Of a stretch of DNA of 64,000 bases, positions 44,796-55,012 are shown one piece after another. The first letter of the stretch is position 1. Every line of letters begins with the position of its first letter. The notes under the pieces were generated by a model. That model had not been told where the DNA came from and made no database searches. It saw only the letters and a program-made list of their open reading frames with translations. The stretch covers positions 1 through 64,000 of the forward strand of contig JBBCKI010000024.1 in assembly GCA_037190965.1 (NCBI GenBank). The letters are read 5' to 3'. The translations under genes and the position numbers were made by a program. The DNA comes from Chthoniobacteraceae bacterium (GTDB lineage: Bacteria; Verrucomicrobiota; Verrucomicrobiia; Chthoniobacterales; Chthoniobacteraceae).

Positions 44796-46415
44796 CTAAA
44801 AGGAGACCAAAGAAACATTCTCTCCGTCGTTCTTTTGCAACGAGAGGCTGATCTGGCGCATGATCCAAACGCCGCGCTCAAAAAGTGAGGTGATGTAGAA
44901 TAACGTGGCGCGATCCTGATGCGCCAGTTCCCGTTCGGCGTTGATATAGGCACGGCGCAGCCGCTCCATCATATCGCCCCGGTCTTCGGTCATGCGTTGC
45001 AAAAGATCAATGTCCATGGCGTCTCCTGTTTCCACGGCATCGATGGTGCTCAAAAGGAGGGTCGCAAGGGCCTCGACCATGTTATGGAGCAGCGGGGCCA
45101 GCTTTGGAGAGACTTGGTTGCACTCTATCGTTTGGACTAGCCCGGAAACATTCTCACTCAGCGCCATGGTCAAGGCCAACCGCCGTTCAAGCCTCAGGAG
45201 TTGGCCGGAGGCTTCTCGCGTCAGGGGCTTGTTCACCAGATCAGCAAGAAAGTTCTGGATCTCCCGAGCCACCGAACCGCTTGCAAGGTGGAGGCTCTTG
45301 CTTTCGGCGGCTCCCCCGGTCCCTTCGTCCCTGACGCTATCGAGGGATTGCGGCGCATACTTGAGCAGGCGCAGAATCTCCTTGTCCACCAGTTCCAAAG
45401 CAGAGACGGGATCCTCCAGAGCCTGGTCGTGAATAAAGTGCAGTTTGGATAAATCCTGTTCCAGGGTGGGGGGAGAGAGGCGAGCCAGCCAACGGGATGC
45501 GCCGGGCTGAAGAATCAACGCCGAGCAGACGCAAACGCTTTGCAGCGCCACAAAGGAATAGGCAAGCCGGTCTTCGAGGCCAAAGGAAAGGCTCTGCAGA
45601 AGAGAACTGATGAGTGGAAGCCCTGTCCATACTTCGAGATAGAATGAGAAGAGAAGGAGAAGGCTCGCACAGAGATTGATTCCTCCTTGAAAAAGAGCGA
45701 TCTGACGGGGGATCCCGGCGATGTTTACCCCGAGCAGGAGCACGGTAGCAGCCACCCCTGCGCCAGTGCCAAACATCATCAGCATCGCCTGGTCTTCCTT
45801 CAACAATCCCCCGTGCGCGAGCGCGATGGCGATGATGGCGATTGCTGAAGAGGATTGGATCACCACACGTAAGAGGCCGCCCAAAAGGAAGCAGGCAAAA
45901 ATCGACCCATGAAGAAATTCGGTCAGTGAGGTGAACCACGGAAAGGAGGGAAGCGGCGCGAAAGCGTCCTTCATCAGCTTGAGGCCGAGAAAGAGGATGC
46001 CGATGCCAAAAAACGTCCCCGCCAGAATGCGAACCTTCCCCCGAGCTTTGACAATATTCATCAACCCGGCAAGCCCAATGAGATAGAGCACCGCCACGTG
46101 GATATTGACGGCGGCCAGGAGAACAAGAAGAGCGGTCCCCAGGTTTGCCCAGGCCACCACGGGCAACGCTTTGGAGACCGTCATCAACCCGCTCGAGATG
46201 ACGCTGACGAGAATGAAGGTGACGGCCGTAGAGCTTTGGGTGATCGCTCCAAGAGCAAACCCCCAGAGTGAGGCAACCAGAGGCCGATTCGTCCACCGCG
46301 CCAGTACCCGGCGAAAGCGACGGCTGGTAATCTGCTGAAGATGAACCTTGATGTCATTGATTCCAGCGAGGAAGAGACTCAACCCCGCCAGAAAAGTCGC
46401 TAGAATCTCGGTCAT
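44796..46415 (-). CDS. Na/Pi cotransporter family protein with PhoU-like C-terminus
   Basis: Two QSSS/QSST repeats, WANLGT, many TM helices, helical tail. Confidence 0.88.
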   Translation of the reverse strand: MTEILATFLAGLSLFLAGINDIKVHLQQITSRRFRRVLARWTNRPLVASLWGFALGAITQSSTAVTFILVSVISSGLMTVSKALPVVAWANLGTALLVLLAAVNIHVAVLYLIGLAGLMNIVKARGKVRILAGTFFGIGILFLGLKLMKDAFAPLPSFPWFTSLTEFLHGSIFACFLLGGLLRVVIQSSSAIAIIAIALAHGGLLKEDQAMLMMFGTGAGVAATVLLLGVNIAGIPRQIALFQGGINLCASLLLLFSFYLEVWTGLPLISSLLQSLSFGLEDRLAYSFVALQSVCVCSALILQPGASRWLARLSPPTLEQDLSKLHFIHDQALEDPVSALELVDKEILRLLKYAPQSLDSVRDEGTGGAAESKSLHLASGSVAREIQNFLADLVNKPLTREASGQLLRLERRLALTMALSENVSGLVQTIECNQVSPKLAPLLHNMVEALATLLLSTIDAVETGDAMDIDLLQRMTEDRGDMMERLRRAYINAERELAHQDRATLFYITSLFERGVWIMRQISLSLQKNDGENVSLVSF

Positions 46416-46442
46416 GACGGGAGCCCGCGAACACCGCGCTTT

Positions 46443-46778
46443 TTAAGAGAGAGATCGCACCGCGGCGGCCCTGTCCGTGTGAAACTCGATAATCGCCGGA
46501 AAACCGGAGATTTCAAAAATTTCCCTAACCCCGTTCGAGGCCGAACAAATGGCCATCCTGGTTTTGGAAATCGTGATCTTTTTCTGCGCTGCCAAAAAGA
46601 CGCGGAGCCCGGCGCTGCTCACATATTCCAAACCGGAACAATCAATCACCAGCGGGGTTTGGCCCGCAGAGATCATCGCATCGAGCCTCTGTTCCAAAAT
46701 AGGGCTGCTTAGACTATCAAGCCGCCCGGCGACGTCGCAAATATGAATCTCTTCGCTTTGGTGGCACTCGATTAACAT
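46443..46778 (-). CDS. STAS-domain anti-sigma factor antagonist
   Basis: GRLD...IDCSGLEYVSSAGLR...IFEISGF. Confidence 0.92.
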   Translation of the reverse strand: MLIECHQSEEIHICDVAGRLDSLSSPILEQRLDAMISAGQTPLVIDCSGLEYVSSAGLRVFLAAQKKITISKTRMAICSASNGVREIFEISGFPAIIEFHTDRAAAVRSLS

Positions 46779-46951
46779 GGATCGTCGAGTCTAAACCGAT
46801 CCATCAGCAAGGCACACGTTCCGATTTGTTACAATTCCATGACAACGCGAAAGGAGCACGGAAACGCCCATGCTCGCGTCTTGAAGGATCAGAAAAACCG
46901 TCTCGGGCTAATTCCCGGACACCGACCTAACCTTGATAATCTCGGGGAGGA

Positions 46952-47659
46952 CTACTGCTTTTTTTCCTCCGCGCCGTGGTCGCTGGAGCGGCTGCCCGCC
47001 AGTTCCTTGATCGGCTCGATCAACTTCGAGGGACGGACGCGATGCTGCTCCAGACGGGCCAGCTTGCGCCGAAGTTCGCCTTCCAGCGCCTCTTTCAGCG
47101 AGGGATCGGCCTTAACGATTTTCGCATTCAAAAGCGTGTAATAATTGCGCAGGGCGACCCGTCTTCCCTCAAAGGTGGCGGCACTCTGGGCCCGGGCGAG
47201 TTCGGCAATAACGGCGGTATCCTGATGTGCCAGAGTTTTCAACTCCCGGATGCGGATTGCCTGCCGCAACTGTTCGGCGGTTCCCTTTTTCAGCGGACCG
47301 GTTTTTTCGACGCCGGCTTCTCCGGGGTTGTTGGAAAGAAAAGAGGCATCCGTTTCGTAGGTTGGGGAGCCTGACTCGGGGATCAACGGAAGCGGCTCGT
47401 CGATGCTCTGCTGAAACGCCGAAGGATCGATTTTCGTCGGCACGGGTGAGCTTTCCGCCTCGGAATTGACGGGCTCGGGCGAGGCCGGTGTTGCTGGCGC
47501 TTCCCCTTCGGGAGCCAGGACCGGAGCCGTCGTCGCCTCCTCGCTGGCTGGAGCGGACGCGGCGCTTGGAACGGCCGCGCTTTGAATGGCCTCTTGGGCG
47601 GAAGCTACGGAGACAAGGCCTGCCATCAAGGCTGCGGCGAGAAATGGGCGTGTTTTCAT
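46952..47659 (-). CDS. Secreted hypothetical protein, Ala/Pro-rich N-terminus
   Basis: Signal peptide, low-complexity linker, helical C-domain. Confidence 0.7.
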   Translation of the reverse strand: MKTRPFLAAALMAGLVSVASAQEAIQSAAVPSAASAPASEEATTAPVLAPEGEAPATPASPEPVNSEAESSPVPTKIDPSAFQQSIDEPLPLIPESGSPTYETDASFLSNNPGEAGVEKTGPLKKGTAEQLRQAIRIRELKTLAHQDTAVIAELARAQSAATFEGRRVALRNYYTLLNAKIVKADPSLKEALEGELRRKLARLEQHRVRPSKLIEPIKELAGSRSSDHGAEEKKQ

Positions 47660-47715
47660 TCGAGCGTCGGATACTTAACCAGAAATCGTTTGATTTGAAA
47701 AGAAGTCTCGCCACG

Positions 47716-49032
47716 ATGCATGAAGTGTTCAAGTCGACTGATATATTACCCCTCCAACTTGGGCTTTCGCCTGCCGAAGTGGCGGCTCGTTGCACGGGGC
47801 TTCCGGGTCTGGTTTTCTTCGATACGGCATTGAAGCCCTCCTCCGGGATTTTAGAAGGGAGGGCACAAGAATCTCTTTCGCTCATCGCCGCACGGCCATC
47901 GGAAATTTTTACGGGACGGACGGAGCAGGATTGGGCCGATCTTCGCACAAAGCTTCGTGCGAAGATCGACGCGCGGCAGGTTTCGGGAAACTGCGACGGC
48001 TCCATTCCGACGGGCTTCGCGGCGGGCTGGGTGGAGTACGACGGGAGCTTCTCCTTCGGGTTTTACGATGGGCTGCTGGCCTACCGGCACCAAACCGGCG
48101 AATGGTTTTCAGTGGGCGATCCCGGGCTGCCCGTTTATTGGCCGAAACCGTCCCGGGCGAAGGAACCAAGGCCAGGCGGGGTAGCGCTTTGTTTTTCCCC
48201 CGCTCTGCGGCGCGAGGAGTTCATCGCCAAGGTGCTCCGGGCGCAAGAGTACATTGCCGGCGGCGACATCTATCAGGTGAATCTGACGCACCGGTTTTCA
48301 TCCCCTTGGGAACCGGGCGGCGATCTCTTTGGGTTCTACACCGCGCTTCGGCAATCCTCCCCCGCGCCGTATGCCGCGCTGCTTTCCCTTAACGGAAGAG
48401 ACGTGCTCTCCTCTTCACCGGAGCTTTTCCTGAAGATCAGCGGACGCCGGATCCGCACCCGCCCCATCAAGGGAACGCGGCCCCGCCGTCACGACCCTCT
48501 GGCGGATGAAAAGAGCGCTCGCGAGTTGGTGACATCGGCGAAGGAAGCCGCCGAACTGGTGATGATCACCGACCTGGAAAGGAACGACCTCGGGCAGGTG
48601 TGCAAGTTCGGCTCCGTCCGAGTAAGCGAGATGCTGCATCTGGAGCGGTACGAGCAGGTGTTTCATCTCGTTTCGACGGTGGAAGGGGAACTTCGCCCGG
48701 AGGTGGACGCCGTGAGCGCCTTGCAGGCTTGCTTCCCGGGGGGCTCCATCACCGGGGCTCCCAAAAAGCGGGCCAGGGAGATTATCGCGGAGTTGGAAAC
48801 GGTGCCGCGCGGCCTTTACACCGGAGCCATCGGTTATTTCGGGTTCAACGGGGAGAGCCAGTTTAACATCGCCATCCGGACGGTGGTGATCGAAGAGGGG
48901 GAAGCCCACTTCCATGTGGGGGCGGGCATCGTGGCCGATTCGCAACCCGCCCAGGAATGGCAGGAGACGCTCGACAAGGCGGCGGGCATTTTGCTGGCGG
49001 CGGAACGATTTCGCGCCGCCAAAGATATTTAA
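47716..49032 (+). CDS. pabB: Aminodeoxychorismate synthase component I / anthranilate synthase I family
   Basis: GDIYQVNL, SSSPELF, PIKGTRPR, DLERND, FPGGSITGAPK, NIAIRT. Confidence 0.85.
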   Translation: MHEVFKSTDILPLQLGLSPAEVAARCTGLPGLVFFDTALKPSSGILEGRAQESLSLIAARPSEIFTGRTEQDWADLRTKLRAKIDARQVSGNCDGSIPTGFAAGWVEYDGSFSFGFYDGLLAYRHQTGEWFSVGDPGLPVYWPKPSRAKEPRPGGVALCFSPALRREEFIAKVLRAQEYIAGGDIYQVNLTHRFSSPWEPGGDLFGFYTALRQSSPAPYAALLSLNGRDVLSSSPELFLKISGRRIRTRPIKGTRPRRHDPLADEKSARELVTSAKEAAELVMITDLERNDLGQVCKFGSVRVSEMLHLERYEQVFHLVSTVEGELRPEVDAVSALQACFPGGSITGAPKKRAREIIAELETVPRGLYTGAIGYFGFNGESQFNIAIRTVVIEEGEAHFHVGAGIVADSQPAQEWQETLDKAAGILLAAERFRAAKDI

Positions 49033-49143
49033 CCTGAAAGCCGAAGTTGCTCGCGGCGGCCTTGCGCGCTCCAACATCGGAATTCAGGTTTGGTGGATTC
49101 CCTGCTTGCGCCGAGGTAAAGACCCGGCTTGATTGCCCGGGTC

Positions 49144-49917
49144 ATGCGTTTTCTCTCCTTTATTTCCATTCTCCTGCCTTTGGTGGCGGCGGTGGCTGCG
49201 GCCAATGCGGGCCAAGGCGCGATTGGCACCGAAGTCCAGCAGCTCCTTGTGAGTATCGCTCCGGGGTGGGACTCCTCCACGGGCAAGATGATCGCCCTGG
49301 AGCGCAGCGCCAAGGGCGAGTGGAAGCCCGCGCTGAAGCCCGTGCCGGTGCTGTTCGGAAAGAACGGCCTCGCCTGGGGGCGGGGCGTTCTGGGGACCAA
49401 CGAACCGGGCCGAAAGAAAGTGGAGCGCGATTCGCGGGCCCCCGCCGGGGTGTTCCGCATCGGGAAGATTTACACCCACGATAAAACGCTTCCTTCCGGG
49501 GCGGATTACCCATACCGCACGATCACCGAGGCCGATGCCTGGATCGACGACCCGACGCTCCCCAATTATAATCGTCATGTGGTGGTGGACCCCAAGAATC
49601 CGCCGGTCTGGTTTGAAAAGGAAAAGATGCGGCACAACGATTTCGCTTACCGCTGGCTTGTGGAGATCCGCCATAACGCCGATCCCGCCCCTGTAGCCGG
49701 CATGGGAAGCGCCATCTTCTTCCACATCCGGCGTGGGGAAACCCGGCCGACGGCTGGCTGCACGACGATGGCAGAGAAGGATATCGTCTCCATGATCCGT
49801 TGGCTCGATGCCGGGAAGAACCCGCACTACGCGCTTCTGCCATGGGGCGAGTATCAGAAAAAGTGGGAGACTTGGGGGTTGCCAACCCCGGCCATTATTT
49901 CGAAACTGATCCCGTAA
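49144..49917 (+). CDS. L,D-transpeptidase (YkuD-like) family protein
   Basis: Signal peptide, KVERDSRAPAG, GSAIFFH...TAGC. Confidence 0.85.
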   Translation: MRFLSFISILLPLVAAVAAANAGQGAIGTEVQQLLVSIAPGWDSSTGKMIALERSAKGEWKPALKPVPVLFGKNGLAWGRGVLGTNEPGRKKVERDSRAPAGVFRIGKIYTHDKTLPSGADYPYRTITEADAWIDDPTLPNYNRHVVVDPKNPPVWFEKEKMRHNDFAYRWLVEIRHNADPAPVAGMGSAIFFHIRRGETRPTAGCTTMAEKDIVSMIRWLDAGKNPHYALLPWGEYQKKWETWGLPTPAIISKLIP

Positions 49918-50057
49918 TGTTAGAATCAGCCGACTTTTGGGGGCGGGTGGCCCAGATTATCTTCGCCACCATTTTCAGCGTGGCCCTCGTGTGGGTCGTC
50001 ATCCGGATCTGGAACGCGGACGACAATCCCGATAACAAGCCCGACGAGAAAAAATAA
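49917..50057 (+). CDS. 46-aa single-TM small protein
   Basis: TAATG-coupled start; hydrophobic helix followed by a charged tail. Confidence 0.55.
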   Translation: MLESADFWGRVAQIIFATIFSVALVWVVIRIWNADDNPDNKPDEKK

Positions 50058-50129
50058 TCGCACAGGCGCAGGACCCCCCCGCGAACCTTTCCTTTGCAAT
50101 CGCCGTGGGGAGGTGTATCAGGTTAGGTT

Positions 50130-50426
50130 ATGAATATCGTCTCGAGTATCTTCAATCTGGGCGGGCCCGATATGATCATCATTCTGTTGATCGTGTTGCT
50201 GCTTTTCGGTGCAAAGCGCCTTCCCGAGCTCGCTCGCGGTCTTGGGCAGGCCATGAATGAATTCACCAAAGCCAAGGACGATATGCACCGTCAGATTTCC
50301 CGCGCGGATGAACCGCCCGTGCTGCAACCCCGGGATCTGCAGGAGCACAGGCCGCAGGTCCAGGCAGCGCCAGCCGAAAACGTGGCTTCCGCGACGCCGC
50401 CGCCCCAGGATAAGCCTCAGGTTTAA
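50130..50426 (+). CDS. tatA: Twin-arginine translocase TatA/E subunit
   Basis: LLLFGAKRLPELARGLG..M.EF.KA. Confidence 0.92.
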   Translation: MNIVSSIFNLGGPDMIIILLIVLLLFGAKRLPELARGLGQAMNEFTKAKDDMHRQISRADEPPVLQPRDLQEHRPQVQAAPAENVASATPPPQDKPQV

Positions 50427-50508
50427 GCCTTGGGTTAACCCCTTTCCCGCCCGCGTTTTTGTTTTCTTCGGCTCGCGTTTTTCTAAAAGCGCGGGCCGTT
50501 TTATTTCG

Positions 50509-51387
50509 ATGAAATCCCTCCTCCTCGTTGGCCTGCTGGCCCTTTGGACGCCGGGCGCGTTTGGCAGGGACGTCGTTTTTGCAGGGTATAATGTCCAGAA
50601 TTATGCGCCGCTGCTGGAGGTCGGGCGCAAAAAGCCGGGGAAATCCGCCCAGGCGGCGGATGCCGTCATCCAGGTCGTCCGGGAGATCGGTCCCGATATT
50701 CTGGGGATCGTCGAAATGGGCCCTCCTCGCCAGTTTGAGGAATTTCGCAGCCGTCTGACTGCGGCGGGGCTCGGGTACACCGACTTTGAGTTCCTGGAAG
50801 CCGCCGATGCCGACCGGCATCTTGCGCTTGTAAGCCGTTTCCCGATTGTGGCCCGCCAATCGATCGCCGATCTCTCCTTCGACGCCAACGGTTCGCGAGA
50901 GAAAGTGAAGCGGGGCATTCTCGACGTCACGGTCGCGATTACGGATCGATACCATTTGCGCGTTCTCGGGGTGCATCTGAAATCCAAGCTCGAGGTGCGC
51001 GAGGGTGAGGAGGTGCTGCGTCGCAATGAGGCGTATTTGTTGCGCAAACACATCGACCGCATTCTGGAGACCGACCCGCAAATCCATCTGCTGGTGTTCG
51101 GCGACTTCAACGACACCAAAGACGAAGCCACCGTGCGCGAAGTGGCGGGAATCCGGGGTGGACCGGGCGCCCTGACCGCCCTGCCCCTGGAAGACAGCCA
51201 CGGGGACCGCTGGACGCACTATTGGAAAGTCAAGGATGTCTACGCCCGTATCGACTACCTCTTCGTCAACAAAGCGCTCTCGCCGGCCGTCGATCGCTCC
51301 CGCTGCTATCTTTACCGCCAACCGATCTGGAAGGACGCCAGCGACCATCGCCCTCTCGTGGCGACTTTGAAAACCGTCGACCCATGA
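50509..51387 (+). CDS. Endonuclease/exonuclease/phosphatase family protein
   Basis: YNVQNY, VHLKS, GDFND, IDY, SDHRP. Confidence 0.92.
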   Translation: MKSLLLVGLLALWTPGAFGRDVVFAGYNVQNYAPLLEVGRKKPGKSAQAADAVIQVVREIGPDILGIVEMGPPRQFEEFRSRLTAAGLGYTDFEFLEAADADRHLALVSRFPIVARQSIADLSFDANGSREKVKRGILDVTVAITDRYHLRVLGVHLKSKLEVREGEEVLRRNEAYLLRKHIDRILETDPQIHLLVFGDFNDTKDEATVREVAGIRGGPGALTALPLEDSHGDRWTHYWKVKDVYARIDYLFVNKALSPAVDRSRCYLYRQPIWKDASDHRPLVATLKTVDP

Positions 51388-52445
51388 CTCTCTCCGCCTA
51401 TCGCGGTCTCCTCGCCGCCATCACCTCCTGTTTTATTCCGCTGGGGCTTGCGCTTTCGCCCCTGAAAGCGGCCGAATCCCCCGCCGATGCCGACTGGAAA
51501 GCGTTGATGTCGCTCGATTCCGGGCCGAAGGAACCTACCACCACCCGTGAACAGGCCCGTACGGCGGCTCTTGCATTCTTGGCCAAACAGGAAAGCGCGC
51601 TTCGCAAGTTTCTGCGTGATCACCCGGCCGATTCCCGCGCCGTGGACGCCCGGTTGCGGCTCGCGCACCTGCTGGCAGTGAAGGGCGATTTTTCCGAAAC
51701 GCCCGCCCTCTACGACGCAGCCCTGCGGTTGCTCGACAGCATGGAGGAAGCCGTCCCGGAGAATCGCCGTGCCGATGTCGCCTTTGCCAAGATCTCCCTC
51801 ACCATGCGGGGGGTGACCCTGCCCACGGACGCCGACCGGGAAGCGATTACCAGCCGGATGCAATCGTTTCGCAAGCAGTTCCCCAACGACCGGCGCATTG
51901 CAGGGTTGATGGCCGAGGTCGCCACCCTCTACGACAGCCAGCCAAGGCGCAAACAGACGATGCTTGAGGAGGCTTTGAAAGCCGCGCGAACCGACGAGAT
52001 CCGGGCGAGGATTCACGACGATCTTAAACGCCTGGCCCTGCTTGGGACGCCGGTCGCCATCCAGGGGACAACTGCGGAAGGGAGCGCTGTCGACAGCGAG
52101 CAGCATCGCGGCAAAGTGGTGCTCGTCTACTTCTTCGCCAGTTGGTCGGCTCCCAGCATCGCGGCCTTGGAGGAAATCCATTATCTGCGGAAGACCTTTT
52201 CCGAACGGGAGGTCGCCGTCATCGGCGTCAGCCTCGACCCGACCCCAGAGGCGCTTCCAATGCTGAAGACCGGTTCCTGGCCCGTAATCTGGGACGGCAA
52301 GGGCTGGAGCGGCCTGCTGGTAAGAAGTCTGGGCATCAACGCGCTCCCTACTCTATGGATTCTCGATAGGAAAGGGAAACTGCGGACCCTTAATGCAAAG
52401 ACCGAGAGCGAAGGGCTGATCCGCAGTTTGCTGAAGGAAATTTAG
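51384..52445 (+). CDS. TlpA/redoxin-like thioredoxin-fold protein with helical N-domain
   Basis: GKVVLVYFFASWSAPS, GVSLD, GINALPTLWILDRKG. Confidence 0.82.
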   Translation: MTLSAYRGLLAAITSCFIPLGLALSPLKAAESPADADWKALMSLDSGPKEPTTTREQARTAALAFLAKQESALRKFLRDHPADSRAVDARLRLAHLLAVKGDFSETPALYDAALRLLDSMEEAVPENRRADVAFAKISLTMRGVTLPTDADREAITSRMQSFRKQFPNDRRIAGLMAEVATLYDSQPRRKQTMLEEALKAARTDEIRARIHDDLKRLALLGTPVAIQGTTAEGSAVDSEQHRGKVVLVYFFASWSAPSIAALEEIHYLRKTFSEREVAVIGVSLDPTPEALPMLKTGSWPVIWDGKGWSGLLVRSLGINALPTLWILDRKGKLRTLNAKTESEGLIRSLLKEI

Positions 52446-52693
52446 GCTCGCAAATATCGGGTGCGTGACGAAAAGCCCGGTAGACCGCTCTCGCCGAGAG
52501 CGCGGGATGGGGGAAGAGTGCCGTTTGGCGCCCATCCCCGCAGGACGGGCTGCTGGTGTTGGGATGCGACTCTTGTGAGTCCACGGGAGCCGAACCCCGC
52601 GCTCGACGGCGCGAGCGGTCTACCGGTGCTGCCGCACCATTCTCGTTTGGTAACTTTTCATTACAGCGAAGAACCTTCCGTTCGCTCCAACAT

Positions 52694-54250
52694 CTAAAAC
52701 GCCGGACCGCGAACGGCTCTTCCCGGTCGAATGCCCGTTGGTCGGCCATTCGCCAGCACCGGCCTGCCGTTGACGAACACCCAGTCCATTCCTTCCGCAA
52801 AGCGAGGCTCTTCGCCGTAGGCTCCGTGGGCCTTGATCCGGGAGAGATCGAACAAGGCGAGATCCGCGAAAAATCCTTCCCCGATCTGGCCGCGATGTTT
52901 GAGGTGGAAGCGACGGGCCGGATGCCACGCCAAATGGCGCACCATCTCTTCCAGTGGCATCACGCCACGATCGCGGACGTATTCGAGAAACCGGGCAAAG
53001 GTGCTGAACCCCCGCGGGTGCGGCCGCGAGCCGGTGTAAATCCCGTCGCTTCCGCCAACGTGCGCTGGGTGGCGCATCAAGGCGAGCATATCCTCTTCGG
53101 TACGATTGGAGTGGTGGGCGACGCATGCCACTTTTAGCCGGGAACGAACCAGTAGATCACAAATAAATTCCGGGAGCGGCTGGCTCCGTTTCGCGGCGGC
53201 GTCGGGCAGGCGTAGTCCTTCCAGCTCGCGGTCTTCCTCACAATCGACATAAGCCAATTGCAGGGATGCCAAAGGATAAGCGGGGTTGGCGAACCAGGAG
53301 GTCAACTTTTCGCGGACCCTCGAATCGCCCAGACGCCGTAAGGTCTCTTCAGTCCCGCCCTCTTCCATCCACCGGGGCAGGGCCACCATGCTCAGGATCG
53401 TGCATCCCGCCAGGAACGGGTAGGTATCGAAGGTCATATCGGACCCTCCCGCGCGCGCTTCGTCAATAAGCCTCGCCAGCAATGGCGCGGGCCCGTTGTA
53501 GTGGGAGATATGCACCGGCATACCGGCGGCTTGCCCGATGTCAGCCGTTTCCGCGACAGCTTCAGCGAGCGCCGCCCCGTATGACCGGATGTGCGAGACA
53601 TAGATGCCGCCAAGTTCGCCCACCGGCTTGCAGAGTTGGCACAACTCCTCCGTGCCCGAATAATGGCAGGGGATATAGTCGAGACCGGTTGAAATCCCGA
53701 TGGCGCCCTCTCTCATTCCCTGCGTGGCGATGGCCTGCATCCGGGCCATCTCATCCCGGGTCGGAGGGCGGGTTTCGAACCCCATCACTTCAAGGCGGAT
53801 CGTCCCTTGCGGCAGGAGATAAGCCACATTGAGGGCGACTTGCTCCTCAAAACAGCGCAGATACTCCGCCACCGATTCCCAGGAGCAATTCAGGGCGGGG
53901 TCTCCATTGACTCCCGCGAAGTATTGTCGCAGGTGTTTCTGCCAGGCCGGGGAAGAGGGGGCATACGAGATGCCGTCCTGCCCGATGACGTGCGAAGTCA
54001 CGCCTTGAAAAATGCCGGCCGGAAAATCGGGATCGGCAAGCAACGCGAGGTCGCTATGCACATGGGCATCGACAAAGCCGGGAGTAAGAAAGCGACCCTC
54101 CGCCTCCACAACCTGCGCGGCAGACGCCGGGGCAATCGTGCCGATTTCCGCAATCCGCTCCCCGGCAATCGCTACATCCGCAAAATACCACGGAGCGCCC
54201 GTCCCATCGACCACGCGGGCGTTTTTGACCAGAATGTCATATTTTTTCAT
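52694..54250 (-). CDS. N-acyl-D-amino-acid deacylase (D-aminoacylase)
   Basis: PGFVDAHVHSD, GISTGLDY, SHIRS, PHPRGF. Confidence 0.9.
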   Translation of the reverse strand: MKKYDILVKNARVVDGTGAPWYFADVAIAGERIAEIGTIAPASAAQVVEAEGRFLTPGFVDAHVHSDLALLADPDFPAGIFQGVTSHVIGQDGISYAPSSPAWQKHLRQYFAGVNGDPALNCSWESVAEYLRCFEEQVALNVAYLLPQGTIRLEVMGFETRPPTRDEMARMQAIATQGMREGAIGISTGLDYIPCHYSGTEELCQLCKPVGELGGIYVSHIRSYGAALAEAVAETADIGQAAGMPVHISHYNGPAPLLARLIDEARAGGSDMTFDTYPFLAGCTILSMVALPRWMEEGGTEETLRRLGDSRVREKLTSWFANPAYPLASLQLAYVDCEEDRELEGLRLPDAAAKRSQPLPEFICDLLVRSRLKVACVAHHSNRTEEDMLALMRHPAHVGGSDGIYTGSRPHPRGFSTFARFLEYVRDRGVMPLEEMVRHLAWHPARRFHLKHRGQIGEGFFADLALFDLSRIKAHGAYGEEPRFAEGMDWVFVNGRPVLANGRPTGIRPGRAVRGPAF

Positions 54251-54908
54251 TACGGGAGGAAGAGCGGCGGGTAACCGGTGCTTCGCCTCCGATCACTTCA
54301 GATTCGCCTCGTTTGAGGTGATCTTCCAACAAGCGGGCTGCGAGGTCGATATCTCCTTTTCCAAGCGCCGCGGAAATAGCGTTGTGCTCCTTGGCTGCAA
54401 GGTCGAAGTCGTCGAGCGGCATGGCGTTGCGCCCCACGGTCACATGCAAGAGCGGGAGGTTTGAAGATTCGTAAAGGCGGATCAGACGCGAATTTTGCGA
54501 AACAGCCACAATGGCGCGGTGGAACCGCAGGTCCGCTTCCCGCGCGCCGTCGTAATACCCTTTCTTGACCAGACTTGCGTAATCGGCGGCCGCCGTTTTG
54601 ATGGCGTGGAGGGCCTTGCGCGGGATATCTTTCCTCATGAACCGGAGCGCACCGATTTCGAGAACGGCCCTCAAATGGCTGATCTCCCGAACCTCTTCGG
54701 GAGTCATCTTCGTGACGCGGTATTTCCCACGATTCCGGGTCACAAGCCCCTCACCGTGAAGTCGTTTAAGGCCTTCGCGAATGGCAAAGCGGCCAAGCTC
54801 CAGGCGGGTGGACCACTCCACCTCGGCCAGATGATCCCCGGGCATCATGCCGGCGCTCAAAATCAACTCGCGTAATCTCTGGTAAGCCGTCTCGGATTGG
54901 GATGCCAT
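54237..54908 (-). CDS. GntR/FCD family regulator
   Basis: AYQRLRELIL...IREGLKRL; DLRFH, EH...HL FCD motifs. Confidence 0.9.
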   Translation of the reverse strand: MASQSETAYQRLRELILSAGMMPGDHLAEVEWSTRLELGRFAIREGLKRLHGEGLVTRNRGKYRVTKMTPEEVREISHLRAVLEIGALRFMRKDIPRKALHAIKTAAADYASLVKKGYYDGAREADLRFHRAIVAVSQNSRLIRLYESSNLPLLHVTVGRNAMPLDDFDLAAKEHNAISAALGKGDIDLAARLLEDHLKRGESEVIGGEAPVTRRSSSRNEKI

Positions 54909-54917
54909 GTCTTTAAA

Positions 54918-54950
54918 ATGTTGACATTTTGAGGCATGAATCGTCAACAT
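54918..54950. promoter_or_regulatory. Inverted repeat (divergent -35 boxes or GntR operator)
   Basis: atgttgac-N17-gtcaacat between the divergent genes. Confidence 0.45.
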
Positions 54951-55012
54951 CTTTCAAAGCTACAGCCACGGACATCCCCGCGTGCCCATTCGTGCCTATC
55001 CATGACTTTTCT

